NCBI GenBank assembly: GCA_938084905.1
Contig: CALKEQ010000001.1
Coordinates: 26,835 to 90,834, forward strand
Reading direction: 5' to 3'
Length of the DNA stretch: 64,000 bases
Source of the DNA: an uncultured bacterium
GTDB lineage: Bacteria > Desulfobacterota > Syntrophorhabdia > Syntrophorhabdales > JANXAF01
In this document: piece by piece, positions 1 through 9,290 of the stretch
How positions within the stretch are numbered: the stretch's first letter is position 1
Layout: each line of letters opens with the position of its first letter
Notes under the pieces: generated by a model
Told to the model about the DNA's origin: nothing
Databases searched by the model: none
Seen by the model: only the letters and a program-made list of their open reading frames with translations
Position numbers and translations under genes: made by a program

Positions 1-579
1 CCTGAAGAGGCTCCTGATGAGCCTACCTACCTGGAGATATCCTTTGAGGACGGATCTCCTGTGGCTGTAAATGGTGAGAGGATGTCTCCAGCAAAGCTTA
101 TCTACCATCTAAACAGGATAGGAGGGGAAAATGGGATTGGAAGGATCGATATTGTCGAAAACCGTTTTGTTGGTATGAAATCGAGAGGTGTGTATGAGAC
201 GCCAGGTTGTACCATACTTCACGTGGCTCACCGTGCGATAGAATCGATAACAATGGACAGAGAGGTAATGAGGATAAGGGACAGTCTCATACCTAAGATC
301 TCCGAACTTATATACTATGGGTTCTGGTTCTCCCCCGAGATGGAATGCTTGAAGGAGTTCATTGAGAAATCACAGAAGGGAGTGACAGGTACTGTAAGGC
401 TCAAGCTCTATAAAGGTGGATGCTACGTGGTTGGAAGAAAATCTGATAGTTCCCTTTACATGAAAGATCTTGCCACATTTGAGAGGGGGAGGTTCTACGA
501 ACAGAAGGATGCAACTGGCTTCATAAAACTGAATTCCTTAAGACTAAGAGTGCAGAGCATGGTGAAAAAAGGGAGGTAA
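1..579 (+). CDS. argG: argininosuccinate synthase, C-terminal part (5' end outside window)
   Basis: Frame 1 is open from base 1 ([26 protein letters not shown]...). [22 protein letters not shown] is a typical ArgG motif. Confidence 0.9.
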   Translation, partial: PEEAPDEPTYLEISFEDGSPVAVNGERMSPAKLIYHLNRIGGENGIGRIDIVENRFVGMKSRGVYETPGCTILHVAHRAIESITMDREVMRIRDSLIPKISELIYYGFWFSPEMECLKEFIEKSQKGVTGTVRLKLYKGGCYVVGRKSDSSLYMKDLATFERGRFYEQKDATGFIKLNSLRLRVQSMVKKGR

Positions 580-580
580 G

Positions 581-3058
581 ATGAGGAGTTACGATCCCTC
601 TAAAATAGAGGAGAAGTGGCAGAAGATCTGGGAGGAAAAAAAGCTTTTCAAGGCTACAGAAAAAAGCACAAAGGAGAAGTTCTACATACTAGAGATGTTC
701 CCATACCCTTCGGGAAGGATTCATATGGGACATGTGAGAAATTATTCCATCGGAGATGTACTTGCCAGATACAAGTGGATGAAGGGGTATAATGTCCTTC
801 ACCCAATGGGATGGGACGCTTTCGGAATGCCAGCTGAAAATGCAGCGATGGAGCACGGAATACATCCCGCTCAGTGGACTTACCAGAACATAGATTACAT
901 GAGAAAACAGCTCAAGCGCCTAGGTTTCAGTTACGACTGGGACAGAGAAATAGCGACCTGTGATGTGGATTACTATAAGTGGGAACAGTGGTTTTTTCTA
1001 AAAATGTACGAAAGAGGTCTCGTCTATAGAAAAAAGGCACCTGTTAACTACTGTGAAAGATGCACGACCGTACTTGCGAACGAACAGGTCCTAAACGGAA
1101 GGTGCTGGAGATGTGGGGAGATTGTAACTCAGAAAGAACTTACCCAGTGGTTTTTTGCGATAACAAAATACGCCGATGAACTTTACGATTTTTGCGACAA
1201 GCTTGAGGGTTGGCCGGAGAAGGTAAGACAGATGCAGAAGAACTGGATAGGAAAGAGCGAGGGTGTGGAAGTCGATTTTTACGTGGAGGATGGAACACCA
1301 TTGAAAATATTCACAACAAGGCCAGATACCTTATTCGGTGTAACTTTTATGGTTTTAGCTCCTGAACATCCACTTTCGGAAATACTACCAAGAGGGACGG
1401 AGTACGAAGAGGAAGTAAGGGCATTTATAGAGAGAATTAGATCTCAGGACAGAAGTTTTAGGGGAGAGGGGGCTTTGGAAAAGGAAGGTGTTTTCACTGG
1501 AAGATACGCCATAAACCCGGTAAATGGCAAAAGGGTTCCCATATTCATTGGAAATTTCGTTCTTATGGAATATGGAACGGGTGCTATAATGTCCGTGCCA
1601 GCCCACGACCAGAGGGATTTCGAGTTTGCAAAAAAATACGGTCTTCCCTTGGTTTTGACAATAATGCCCTATGATAGAGTCCTGGATCCTAATGAAATGG
1701 AATCCGCATATGAGGGAGACGGATACCTTGTAAATTCAATGGAATTTAACGGAATGGAAAACAGAAAAGCTATCCCGAAGATAATAGAGTATCTTGAGAA
1801 GAAGGGGATTGGAAGGAGAAGAACGTATTACAGATTGAGAGATTGGGGAATATCGAGGCAAAGGTACTGGGGGACTCCCATCCCAATGGTACATTGTGAA
1901 GACTGCGGGGTGGTACCGGTTCCCTACGAAGACTTGCCTGTAGTCCTCCCTCTTGACCTTGAAGTAAAACTTGTTGGAAAATCTCCCCTTGCTGAAAAGA
2001 GAGAGTTTTACGAGACAAGTTGTCCAAAATGTGGCAAATTGGCAAAAAGAGAGACAGATACCATGGACACTTTCGTTGAATCATCCTGGTACTTCTTAAG
2101 ATTCACGTGTCCAGATTACAAAGATGGGGCCCTCGACAAAGACCTTGTAAACTACTGGATGCCTGTCGATCAGTACATAGGGGGGATAGAACATGCCATT
2201 TTACACTTGCTTTACTCCAGGTTTTTCAACAGGGTTCTAAATGAGCTTGGTTTTGTAGAAGTTAGAGAGCCCTTCAAAAACCTCTTGACCCAGGGAATGG
2301 TTATCAAGGATGGAGCAAAGATGAGTAAGTCGAAGGGTAACATTGTTGACCCAGATTACCTTATCGAGAGGTACGGAGCTGACACAACTAGACTTTACTG
2401 TCTCTTTGCAGCTCCTCCGGAGAAGGACCTTGACTGGTCTGATAGGGGTGTGGAGGGGTGTTACAGGTTTCTAAACAGGCTATGGAGGTTCATCTCAGAA
2501 AGGGAAAATCAGCTAAAGAACACAAAGGAGATTCTCTTTGCTTATGAGGAAACTGAAAGGGACAGAGAACTGACTCAGAGGATGCACAGGACTATAAAGA
2601 AGGTCACAGATGACATAGAGAGGTTTCATCTGAACACGGCAATTGCCTCGATTATGGAATTTTTAAATTTCCTTTACAGATTGCAGGAGGAAAAGACACT
2701 GGAAAATATCCATCCCCCATTGCTCAAAGGTTGTTGTCTTATCATGCTTAAGCTACTTTACCCATTTACTCCACACATTTGCTGTGAGTTATGGGATGTA
2801 GTTGGAGAGAGATTTGAGGAACTTCTAGACGGCTGGCCAGAATATGATCCAAAATACATAGTTGAGGAGAGTGTTACTATCCCAGTCCAAATAAACGGAA
2901 AACTAAGGGACACTCTTGTTGCAAAAAGAGGTTTAGATGAAGAGGAAATAAAAAGACTCGTTTTCTCTCTCGATAAGGTCAAAAAACACCTTGAAGGGAA
3001 GGAAGTAAAAAAAGTAATAGTGCTACGAGACAAGCTAGTGAACATAGTATGCCAATGA
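581..3058 (+). CDS. leuS: leucine--tRNA ligase
   Basis: 825 aa. HIGH-type motif PYPSGRIHMGH and KMSKS motif (AKMSKSKGN); class Ia LeuS architecture with a CP1 editing region. Confidence 0.97.
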   Translation: MRSYDPSKIEEKWQKIWEEKKLFKATEKSTKEKFYILEMFPYPSGRIHMGHVRNYSIGDVLARYKWMKGYNVLHPMGWDAFGMPAENAAMEHGIHPAQWTYQNIDYMRKQLKRLGFSYDWDREIATCDVDYYKWEQWFFLKMYERGLVYRKKAPVNYCERCTTVLANEQVLNGRCWRCGEIVTQKELTQWFFAITKYADELYDFCDKLEGWPEKVRQMQKNWIGKSEGVEVDFYVEDGTPLKIFTTRPDTLFGVTFMVLAPEHPLSEILPRGTEYEEEVRAFIERIRSQDRSFRGEGALEKEGVFTGRYAINPVNGKRVPIFIGNFVLMEYGTGAIMSVPAHDQRDFEFAKKYGLPLVLTIMPYDRVLDPNEMESAYEGDGYLVNSMEFNGMENRKAIPKIIEYLEKKGIGRRRTYYRLRDWGISRQRYWGTPIPMVHCEDCGVVPVPYEDLPVVLPLDLEVKLVGKSPLAEKREFYETSCPKCGKLAKRETDTMDTFVESSWYFLRFTCPDYKDGALDKDLVNYWMPVDQYIGGIEHAILHLLYSRFFNRVLNELGFVEVREPFKNLLTQGMVIKDGAKMSKSKGNIVDPDYLIERYGADTTRLYCLFAAPPEKDLDWSDRGVEGCYRFLNRLWRFISERENQLKNTKEILFAYEETERDRELTQRMHRTIKKVTDDIERFHLNTAIASIMEFLNFLYRLQEEKTLENIHPPLLKGCCLIMLKLLYPFTPHICCELWDVVGERFEELLDGWPEYDPKYIVEESVTIPVQINGKLRDTLVAKRGLDEEEIKRLVFSLDKVKKHLEGKEVKKVIVLRDKLVNIVCQ

Positions 3059-3552
3059 AGAGATTGCCCCTTTTTTTTCTCATTCTCCTTTTTCTTTCCT
3101 CATGTGGCTACAAAATAGTTCGGGAAAAGGGAATAAACCGCGGAGAGATAAGGTCTATATATGTCTCCGCCTTCAAAAATAGCACATTCGAGCCCCATAT
3201 CAGCATGTACGTGACAGACGCGATTGTCTCAGAGCTTATTTCCCTTGGCCTCTTCGAAATAAACAGACCCAATTACGAGGCAACTCTTGAGGGCGTCATA
3301 AGCAAAATTAAGGTACGTCCTCAATCTTTGGATAAAAAGGGTTTTGCAGTTGAAAAAAAAGTGGAGGTGGAAGTCGACATTTTCCTCAAGAGGGCATCTG
3401 GTCAACTTATAAAAAAATGGTCACTTGTGGAGAATGAGACCTTCAGGTCTGACAATCCCAATTACGAGGATTACAACAAAAGGGAAGCGATAAAAAGGGC
3501 GGCAGAGAAAATTGCGAGACGCCTTTGTTCGCTCCTTTTTATGGAGCATTGA
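3049..3552 (+). CDS. lptE: LPS-assembly lipoprotein LptE-like
   Basis: Signal peptide plus lipobox (LSSCGYKI). About 165 aa, overlaps the leuS stop by 10 nt, matching the conserved leuS-lptE synteny. Confidence 0.6.
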   Translation: MPMKRLPLFFLILLFLSSCGYKIVREKGINRGEIRSIYVSAFKNSTFEPHISMYVTDAIVSELISLGLFEINRPNYEATLEGVISKIKVRPQSLDKKGFAVEKKVEVEVDIFLKRASGQLIKKWSLVENETFRSDNPNYEDYNKREAIKRAAEKIARRLCSLLFMEH

Positions 3553-3562
3553 GATTTTCGCC

Positions 3563-3841
3563 TCACGCACTCTTTTGCAGGAGCTTATTTACCCTTTTTG
3601 TGAATCTTGAGATTTTTCTCGAGGCAGTTCTCTTATGAATCGCTCCCTTCGATGCAGCCTTATTTATCACAGAAATTGCCTTCCTTACACATTCGTCTAT
3701 AACTGAAGGATCCTTTTTCTCCTCAATGGCCTGAAGCGCCTTTTTTATGTAAGTCTTCATCATGGATTTTAAGCTAGAATTTCTTATTCTCCTCTTCTCC
3801 GCCTGTCTTGCCCTTTTTATCGCCGATTTATTTTTCTTCAA
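3563..3841 (-). CDS. rpsT: 30S ribosomal protein S20
   Basis: 92 aa basic protein with N-terminus KSAIKRARQAEKRR. TTG start with a GGAGGG RBS 6 nt upstream. Confidence 0.93.
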   Translation of the reverse strand: MKKNKSAIKRARQAEKRRIRNSSLKSMMKTYIKKALQAIEEKKDPSVIDECVRKAISVINKAASKGAIHKRTASRKISRFTKRVNKLLQKSA

Positions 3842-3859
3842 TTAGCCCTCCGTTTCCGG

Positions 3860-3888
3860 TGTATACCATTATCTTTGGCCTTTGTCAA
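3860..3888 (-). promoter_or_regulatory. sigma70-like promoter for rpsT
   Basis: On the minus strand: TTGACA (3888-3883), 17-nt spacer, TATACA (3865-3860), about 20 nt upstream of the rpsT start. Confidence 0.5.
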
Positions 3889-4170
3889 TTACTTCCTCGC
3901 GCTCCTCTTTGACGCTTTAAGCGGATTTATCTTCTGCTCCTCCTGTTTCACGACCTTCTTTACGTGAGTTGCCATAGGGCAAATTCCTGAAAGCCACTTC
4001 TGAGCCGGATAGGGAAAAGCAAGGCAGTACTTTCCCGAATCGAATTCCTTTACTCTTGCGCAACCTTCGCACTTATCCACTATTGGATGACATGTTCCTC
4101 CGTTGTAAGAACATCCTGTCTTTTTCATAAAGACACATTCCACTCCTTTTTTCACAGTCTGACAAACCAT
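3889..4170 (-). CDS. small cysteine-rich protein, PxxKW-type motif
   Basis: 93 aa with 9 Cys (CEGC, CPMA) and motif YPAQKWLSGICP. Lys-rich tail. Confidence 0.6.
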   Translation of the reverse strand: MVCQTVKKGVECVFMKKTGCSYNGGTCHPIVDKCEGCARVKEFDSGKYCLAFPYPAQKWLSGICPMATHVKKVVKQEEQKINPLKASKRSARK

Positions 4171-4311
4171 TGGTACCTCCCTATTCGATTTTTCTTAAAT
4201 TTAAACCAGAAGAAAGCTGGCCTGTTATTAAACAAAATTTTTTTTAAAATGTCAATCCCAAATGGCGAGAACCTCAGCTAGCATGGGCTAGATTCTCAAG
4301 TTAAAATTTTT

Positions 4312-4340
4312 TTGACAATCCGTTCTCATTCAGTTATCAT
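4312..4340 (+). promoter_or_regulatory. sigma70-like promoter abutting the start codon of the CoA-binding protein gene
   Basis: TTGACA (4312-4317), 17-nt spacer, TATCAT (4335-4340). The ATG at 4344 is only 3 nt downstream. Confidence 0.4.
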
Positions 4341-4343
4341 TCC

Positions 4344-4772
4344 ATGGCCGTGCCGATCCTTGAGAAGGACAGTGAAGTTCAGAGGATTCTCAAAGAAAGC
4401 AAAAATATAGCTGTCTTTGGGATAAGCAAGAATCCAGAAAAACCAGCATATTACGTTCCAAAAGCTTTGATCGAAAAGGGATTTAAAATTTTCGGTGTTA
4501 ATCCAAAATACTCCGGGGAGGAGATACTCGGAACCAGAATTTACTCCTCCCTTCTTGAGATCCCTGAAGAAATAGACGTGGTTTTAGTTTTCAGACCTCC
4601 TTCTGAACTTCCGCAGATCCTTTCTCAAGCCTATCTTAAAGGGTTTAAGACCTTCTGGATGCAACCTGGTACCTTAAATGAGGATGTGAAGAATGAGCTG
4701 AACATGAAGGGGTATAACGTCGTTTTTGAGAGATGTATGAAGAAGGAATCTGAAAAATACATCAAGCCATGA
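4344..4772 (+). CDS. CoA-binding domain protein (YccU/YneT-like)
   Basis: 142 aa. NIAVFGISKNPEKPAYYV Rossmann-like CoA-binding signature. Confidence 0.8.
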   Translation: MAVPILEKDSEVQRILKESKNIAVFGISKNPEKPAYYVPKALIEKGFKIFGVNPKYSGEEILGTRIYSSLLEIPEEIDVVLVFRPPSELPQILSQAYLKGFKTFWMQPGTLNEDVKNELNMKGYNVVFERCMKKESEKYIKP

Positions 4773-4800
4773 TAGTACCATAAGATTCTGAGGTTCTCAG

Positions 4801-5778
4801 GTGTCAATGGTACTTGGAATAATGGGCAGTCCGAGAAGGAATGGGACCTCCGAAAGGCTCCTTCGCGTTTTTATGGAAAAGTTAGAAAAAGAGTCTCTAA
4901 AAAGAGAGATCATAAGTATCTCAGATTTTAGGATCTACCCATGTCAGGGTTGTAGGTTCTGCGAAGAAACAGGGTTTTGTAAAATCGCGGACGACATGGA
5001 AAAGATCTACTATCTACTAAAGGAAGCGGATCTCATTGTTCTTTCAGCGCCTGTCTTCTTTTACAACTTCCCCTCTCAGCTTAAGGCCATGATCGACAGA
5101 TCACAGGCTTTATGGGCAAGGCGCTATAGACTAGGACTAAAAGATCCAAAGGAAAAGTCTAGAAGAGGATTCGTAATTTCCGCTGGGGCAACAAAAGGTT
5201 CCAATCTATTTACCGGAATTCATCTTACGGCAAAGTACTTCTTTGATGCGCTAGGAGCCATATTTGAAGGTGTCCATGGTTTAAGAAATGTGGAAAAACC
5301 GGAAGACATTGATCTTTTCCCAGAGGATGTTTTTAGGTTGGAGGCTAAGGCAAAAGATCTTTCCGATTCCCTATTAGCAAAGAAAAAAATCTGTTTTGTC
5401 TGCAGAGAAAACTCCTGTAGGAGTCAGATGGCTGAGGCCCTTTTTCAAAGTGAGGCTGAAGGCCTCTTCTCTGTAATGAGTGCGGGGGATGACCCTGCAA
5501 AAGAATTAAACCCAATCGCAGTTGAAGTTATGGCTGAGATAGGTCTAGATATAAAGTTTCAGAGACCAAAAAGCCTAGACGATATAAAGATCTATTTGCC
5601 TTTCGATCTTGTTGTAACAATGGGCTGTGAGACCCACTGTCCCTCGGTATACGCAAAAAAAATCGAGACATGGGAGATTGAGGACCCGAAAGGAAAACCA
5701 AAAGAAAAGTTCAGGGAAGTAAGGGATGTAATATACGGAAAAGTAAAGGAACTTTTATCAACCTTACGAAAAGATTAA
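4801..5778 (+). CDS. fusion protein: iron-sulfur flavoprotein / NADPH-dependent FMN reductase domain + ArsC / low-molecular-weight phosphotyrosine phosphatase domain
   Basis: N-terminal half: GSPRRNGTS flavodoxin-like loop and compact CQGCRFCEETGFC (CX2CX2CX5C) cluster motif. C-terminal half: CX5R P-loop CRENSCRS (5401-5424), GCETHCP and EDPKGK. Confidence 0.75.
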   Translation: MSMVLGIMGSPRRNGTSERLLRVFMEKLEKESLKREIISISDFRIYPCQGCRFCEETGFCKIADDMEKIYYLLKEADLIVLSAPVFFYNFPSQLKAMIDRSQALWARRYRLGLKDPKEKSRRGFVISAGATKGSNLFTGIHLTAKYFFDALGAIFEGVHGLRNVEKPEDIDLFPEDVFRLEAKAKDLSDSLLAKKKICFVCRENSCRSQMAEALFQSEAEGLFSVMSAGDDPAKELNPIAVEVMAEIGLDIKFQRPKSLDDIKIYLPFDLVVTMGCETHCPSVYAKKIETWEIEDPKGKPKEKFREVRDVIYGKVKELLSTLRKD

Positions 5779-5909
5779 TTTAAGACTGCAAATCAAATTT
5801 TCTTGACAAAAGTACGACCTCTAGTGTAAACGTTAAAAAAATTGTATACAAAAGTCTGAAGGGGGGAGAGATGACAAAGGATAGACAAATCAAAAAAAGG
5901 GAGGTTGCG

Positions 5910-6935
5910 ATGAAAAGGTTTTTATGCGCTTTTTTTGTTCTAAGCTTTCTCCTTTTTATGCAGGTAGGGGCTCCAAAGATTAGTTTGGCTCAGCAGATCA
6001 CTCTCAAATATGCCAATTTCCCTCCTGCGACCACATTCCCATGTGTCCAGATGGAAAGATGGGCAAGGGAAGTTGAAAAAAGAACAAACAATAAGGTCAA
6101 AGTCCAGACATTTCCAGGTGGAACTCTCCTTTCCGCAAAGAACATGTTTGACGGAGTCGTGGCTGGCACAGCCGATATCGGTTGTCTTGCGATGGGTTAC
6201 CAGCCTGGAAGATTCCCAGTATCTGAAGCTATCGATCTTCCAATAGGCTTTACAAGTGCAAGAGCCGCAAGCATGGCTCTCCTTGACCTCCTTGAGAAGT
6301 ATAAACCGAAGGAATTTGAGCAGGTGAAGGTTTTGACCGCATTTACTTGTCCGCCTGCCGACTTTATGACGAAGACCCCTGTCCGTTCGTTAAAAGACTT
6401 AAAGGGAATGGAACTTCGTGCTTCAGGTGTGGCAACGGAGATTCTGAAGAGACTTGGTGCAGTTCCCGTTGGAATGCCACAGTCTGAAGCCCCTGAAGCA
6501 ATACAGAAAGGTGTTGTGAAGGGAAATGTCTCCTCAATGGAAATTCTAAAAGACTTCAATTTTGCAGCCTACCTCCCTTATGCCACTGAGGCTAAACTAT
6601 TTGTTGTGAGCTTTGCAGTGGTTATGAATAAGGACAAGTGGGATTCTCTCCCTTCAGATGTGAAGAAGGTTATGGACGATCTAAAAAGGGAGCATGCAGA
6701 ATGGACAGCAACTTATGTGGATAACCACGTTCTGGAAGCTTTAAAATGGTCGAAAGAAAAGTACAATCATCAGGTTTTCAAGTTCCCACCTGAAGATCTA
6801 GAGGAGATAAAGAGGCTTACAAGACCAATTATCGATGACTACATAAAGAGAGTCACTGCTCAAGGATTGCCAGGAAAGCAAATAATCGAGGACGTTTTCA
6901 AATTCAAGGAAAAATACGAAAAGATATACAAGTAG
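5910..6935 (+). CDS. TRAP transporter substrate-binding protein (DctP family)
   Basis: Signal peptide MKRFLCAFFVLSFLLF, with a GGGAGG RBS before the ATG at 5910. The ORF-track start at 5871 is a likely over-extension. Followed by dctQ and dctM. Confidence 0.85.
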   Translation: MKRFLCAFFVLSFLLFMQVGAPKISLAQQITLKYANFPPATTFPCVQMERWAREVEKRTNNKVKVQTFPGGTLLSAKNMFDGVVAGTADIGCLAMGYQPGRFPVSEAIDLPIGFTSARAASMALLDLLEKYKPKEFEQVKVLTAFTCPPADFMTKTPVRSLKDLKGMELRASGVATEILKRLGAVPVGMPQSEAPEAIQKGVVKGNVSSMEILKDFNFAAYLPYATEAKLFVVSFAVVMNKDKWDSLPSDVKKVMDDLKREHAEWTATYVDNHVLEALKWSKEKYNHQVFKFPPEDLEEIKRLTRPIIDDYIKRVTAQGLPGKQIIEDVFKFKEKYEKIYK

Positions 6936-6941
6936 TGAGCA

Positions 6942-6972
6942 CCGCGGAGGTTATCCTCCGCGGATCTTTCTT
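6942..6972 (+). terminator. GC-rich intercistronic hairpin (attenuator or mRNA stabiliser) between dctP and dctQ
   Basis: CCGCGGAGG-TTAT-CCTCCGCGG perfect 9-bp stem (6942-6963), followed by a T-rich ATCTTTCTT. Confidence 0.55.
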
Positions 6973-6986
6973 CCTGAGGAGGACAG

Positions 6987-7463
6987 ATGGGTCCATTAGG
7001 GAAATTCGTTTTGAGCTTGGACAGGGTCTGTGCTTTTTTAAGTGGGATTTCGATTCTAGTTCTCACCTCAATTGCCGCTGGAAACATGCTTATGAGAATG
7101 GTTTACAAGCCAATACACGGTTCTTATGAGCTCATAGGTTTTTTTGGAGCCACTTCAGTCGGATTAGCCTTAGGTTACAGTCAGATAAGAAAGGATCACA
7201 TAGTAGTCACAATAATAACCGAAAGATTCAGTGAAAAGGCAAAAAGGATCTTGGACAGAATCTCGTATTTTTTGAGCACTATTTTCTTCTTAATCTGTGG
7301 ATGGCAGACGTTCATGTGGGGATTTAAGCTACTCAAGGCTGGAGAACTCTCAGAAACTTTGAAAATAATATACTACCCTTTCGTTTTCCTTTTATCTTTC
7401 GGCTTTTTCGTTCTTGCGCTAACACTTATTTTTGATTTTATAAACACTTTCCAGAGGAAATAA
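6987..7463 (+). CDS. TRAP transporter small permease (DctQ)
   Basis: 158 aa with four hydrophobic segments, between the DctP and DctM genes. Confidence 0.85.
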   Translation: MGPLGKFVLSLDRVCAFLSGISILVLTSIAAGNMLMRMVYKPIHGSYELIGFFGATSVGLALGYSQIRKDHIVVTIITERFSEKAKRILDRISYFLSTIFFLICGWQTFMWGFKLLKAGELSETLKIIYYPFVFLLSFGFFVLALTLIFDFINTFQRK

Positions 7464-7466
7464 GTT

Positions 7467-8771
7467 ATGACCCCAATAGATGGTGCCATATGGACTATAC
7501 TTATGCTTTGTGCAATGCTCCTTCTCAGAATTCCCGTCGGTTTTCTGATGGGAATAGCTGGGTTTTTGGGCATAGGATACGCCGTCTCATGGAAGGCTGC
7601 TTTAAACACTGTGGCAACAGATATCTGGCAAACTTTCTCAGCTTACGGACTTACCGTTATTCCAATGTTCGTACTCATGGGTCAGATCTGTTTTTACTCT
7701 CAGGTGAACGAGAGGCTTTACAGAACTGCCTACAAGTGGTTCGGAAGTATAAGGGGGGGATTGGCTATTACAACTATCATGGCATGTGCGGGCTTTGCGG
7801 CAATATGTGGTTCAAATACAGCTACGGCTGCTACCATGACAGCTGTGGCCCTCCCTGAAATGAAAAAGTACAGGTACGATCCCCTTATAATTTCTGGCTC
7901 TATTGCAGCTGGTTCAACTTTGGGGGTAGTAATTCCACCAAGCGTTGTACTCGTTGTCTACGGAATATACACCGGATCTTCCATAGGAAAGCTATTTTTC
8001 GGAAGTTTTCTGCCAGGCCTTATTCTTGCAGGATTTATGGCTATAACATCCTTTTTGATGTGCTCAATGAAGACCGAACTTGGCCCAAAAGGACCAAAAA
8101 CTTCAATGTTTGAGAAGATCAAGTCCCTACCAGACGCTCTAGATATGGTTCTCCTCTTCGCCATTATAATGGTGAGTCTCTATGCGGGCATATTTACACC
8201 TTCTGAGGCTGGTGCTGCTGGCTCAGTTGTGGCAATAATAATATCCATTTTAAGAAGAAGGTTGACCCTTAAAGGTTTTTTTGATGCGGTAATTGACACA
8301 TTAAGGGTTTCTTGTCTTATCTTCGTTCTGGTTGCTGGAGCAACTCTCTTCGGAAGATTCATAGCTGTAACGAGGTTACCGTATGTGGCTGCAGAGTGGG
8401 TCGGTTCCCTTCCCTATCCAGGATGGGTCATTCTCTGGTCGATGCTCGTAATTTACATTATTGGCGGATGTGTTATGGACGCTCTTGCCTTTCTCCTTAT
8501 AACGGTACCCATATTCTTCCCCGTTGCGCTGAAACTCGGATACGATCCAATCTGGTTTGGGGTTGTGCTCACAGTTGTAACAACTATGGGTGCTGTTACA
8601 CCTCCTGTGGGGATATCGGCCTACGTCGTTTCAGGGATGTCGAAAGAGATTCCGCTTTCCACAGTCTTTAAAGGGGTTATCTTCTTCCTTCCATCTTACG
8701 TTTTCACTCTCATCTTGATTAATCTCTTTCCTGAGCTGGTCACGTTCCTTTCGGGTCTTGTGAGGTATTAG
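7467..8771 (+). CDS. TRAP transporter large permease (DctM)
   Basis: 434 aa polytopic membrane protein with DctM-type glycine-rich helices. Confidence 0.9.
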   Translation: MTPIDGAIWTILMLCAMLLLRIPVGFLMGIAGFLGIGYAVSWKAALNTVATDIWQTFSAYGLTVIPMFVLMGQICFYSQVNERLYRTAYKWFGSIRGGLAITTIMACAGFAAICGSNTATAATMTAVALPEMKKYRYDPLIISGSIAAGSTLGVVIPPSVVLVVYGIYTGSSIGKLFFGSFLPGLILAGFMAITSFLMCSMKTELGPKGPKTSMFEKIKSLPDALDMVLLFAIIMVSLYAGIFTPSEAGAAGSVVAIIISILRRRLTLKGFFDAVIDTLRVSCLIFVLVAGATLFGRFIAVTRLPYVAAEWVGSLPYPGWVILWSMLVIYIIGGCVMDALAFLLITVPIFFPVALKLGYDPIWFGVVLTVVTTMGAVTPPVGISAYVVSGMSKEIPLSTVFKGVIFFLPSYVFTLILINLFPELVTFLSGLVRY

Positions 8772-9277
8772 ACGGTTTTAATGTAGGTAGGAGCTCGATC
8801 CTGAGTTTTACCTCCTTTAATCTTTTGGTAATACTGGTACGTCATTGGGTCTCCCTCACCAGTTATTTCTGCCTCCGCCACCCTTCCCAAAAAGAGCGTG
8901 TGGGTTAAGACATCTACCTTCCTTTCAAGAGTGCATTCCATATACCCCACTACGTATTCGAGTACGACAGGCACTCCAGTTCTTCCTATTTTGTATTCCA
9001 AATTTTCGAATTTGTTTAGCTCCCTTCCACTTCTGAATCCAAAACGACCTATAAACTCTAGCGGTGCATCTGTAGAAAGGACTGAGATAGAAAATACCTT
9101 GCTTGATTCTATGAACTCGTGAGTTAAGTTCCTCTTGTTTATGGATACTGCAAAGATAGGGGGGTCGGAGGTAATCTGAAAGACAGTATTAGCGATCTGT
9201 CCGTTGAGCGAATCATCCTTCTTTGATGCGACTATGTATAACCCGTAGCTTATTTTTTGGAAAGTCCTTACATCCAT
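8768..9277 (-). CDS. flavin reductase-like domain protein
   Basis: 169 aa. ISYGLYIVASKKDDSLNGQIANTVFQITSDPP matches the flavin reductase-like FMN-binding fold. Confidence 0.7.
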   Translation of the reverse strand: MDVRTFQKISYGLYIVASKKDDSLNGQIANTVFQITSDPPIFAVSINKRNLTHEFIESSKVFSISVLSTDAPLEFIGRFGFRSGRELNKFENLEYKIGRTGVPVVLEYVVGYMECTLERKVDVLTHTLFLGRVAEAEITGEGDPMTYQYYQKIKGGKTQDRAPTYIKTV

Positions 9278-9290
9278 AGATCACTCCTTT

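Noticed and set aside
5842-5851. 10-bp palindrome TTGTATACAA upstream of the first TRAP operon, considered as a possible GntR-type operator.
   Set aside because: It is too short and AT-rich to distinguish from chance. No regulator gene is adjacent, and it differs from the repeat at 29709-29729.
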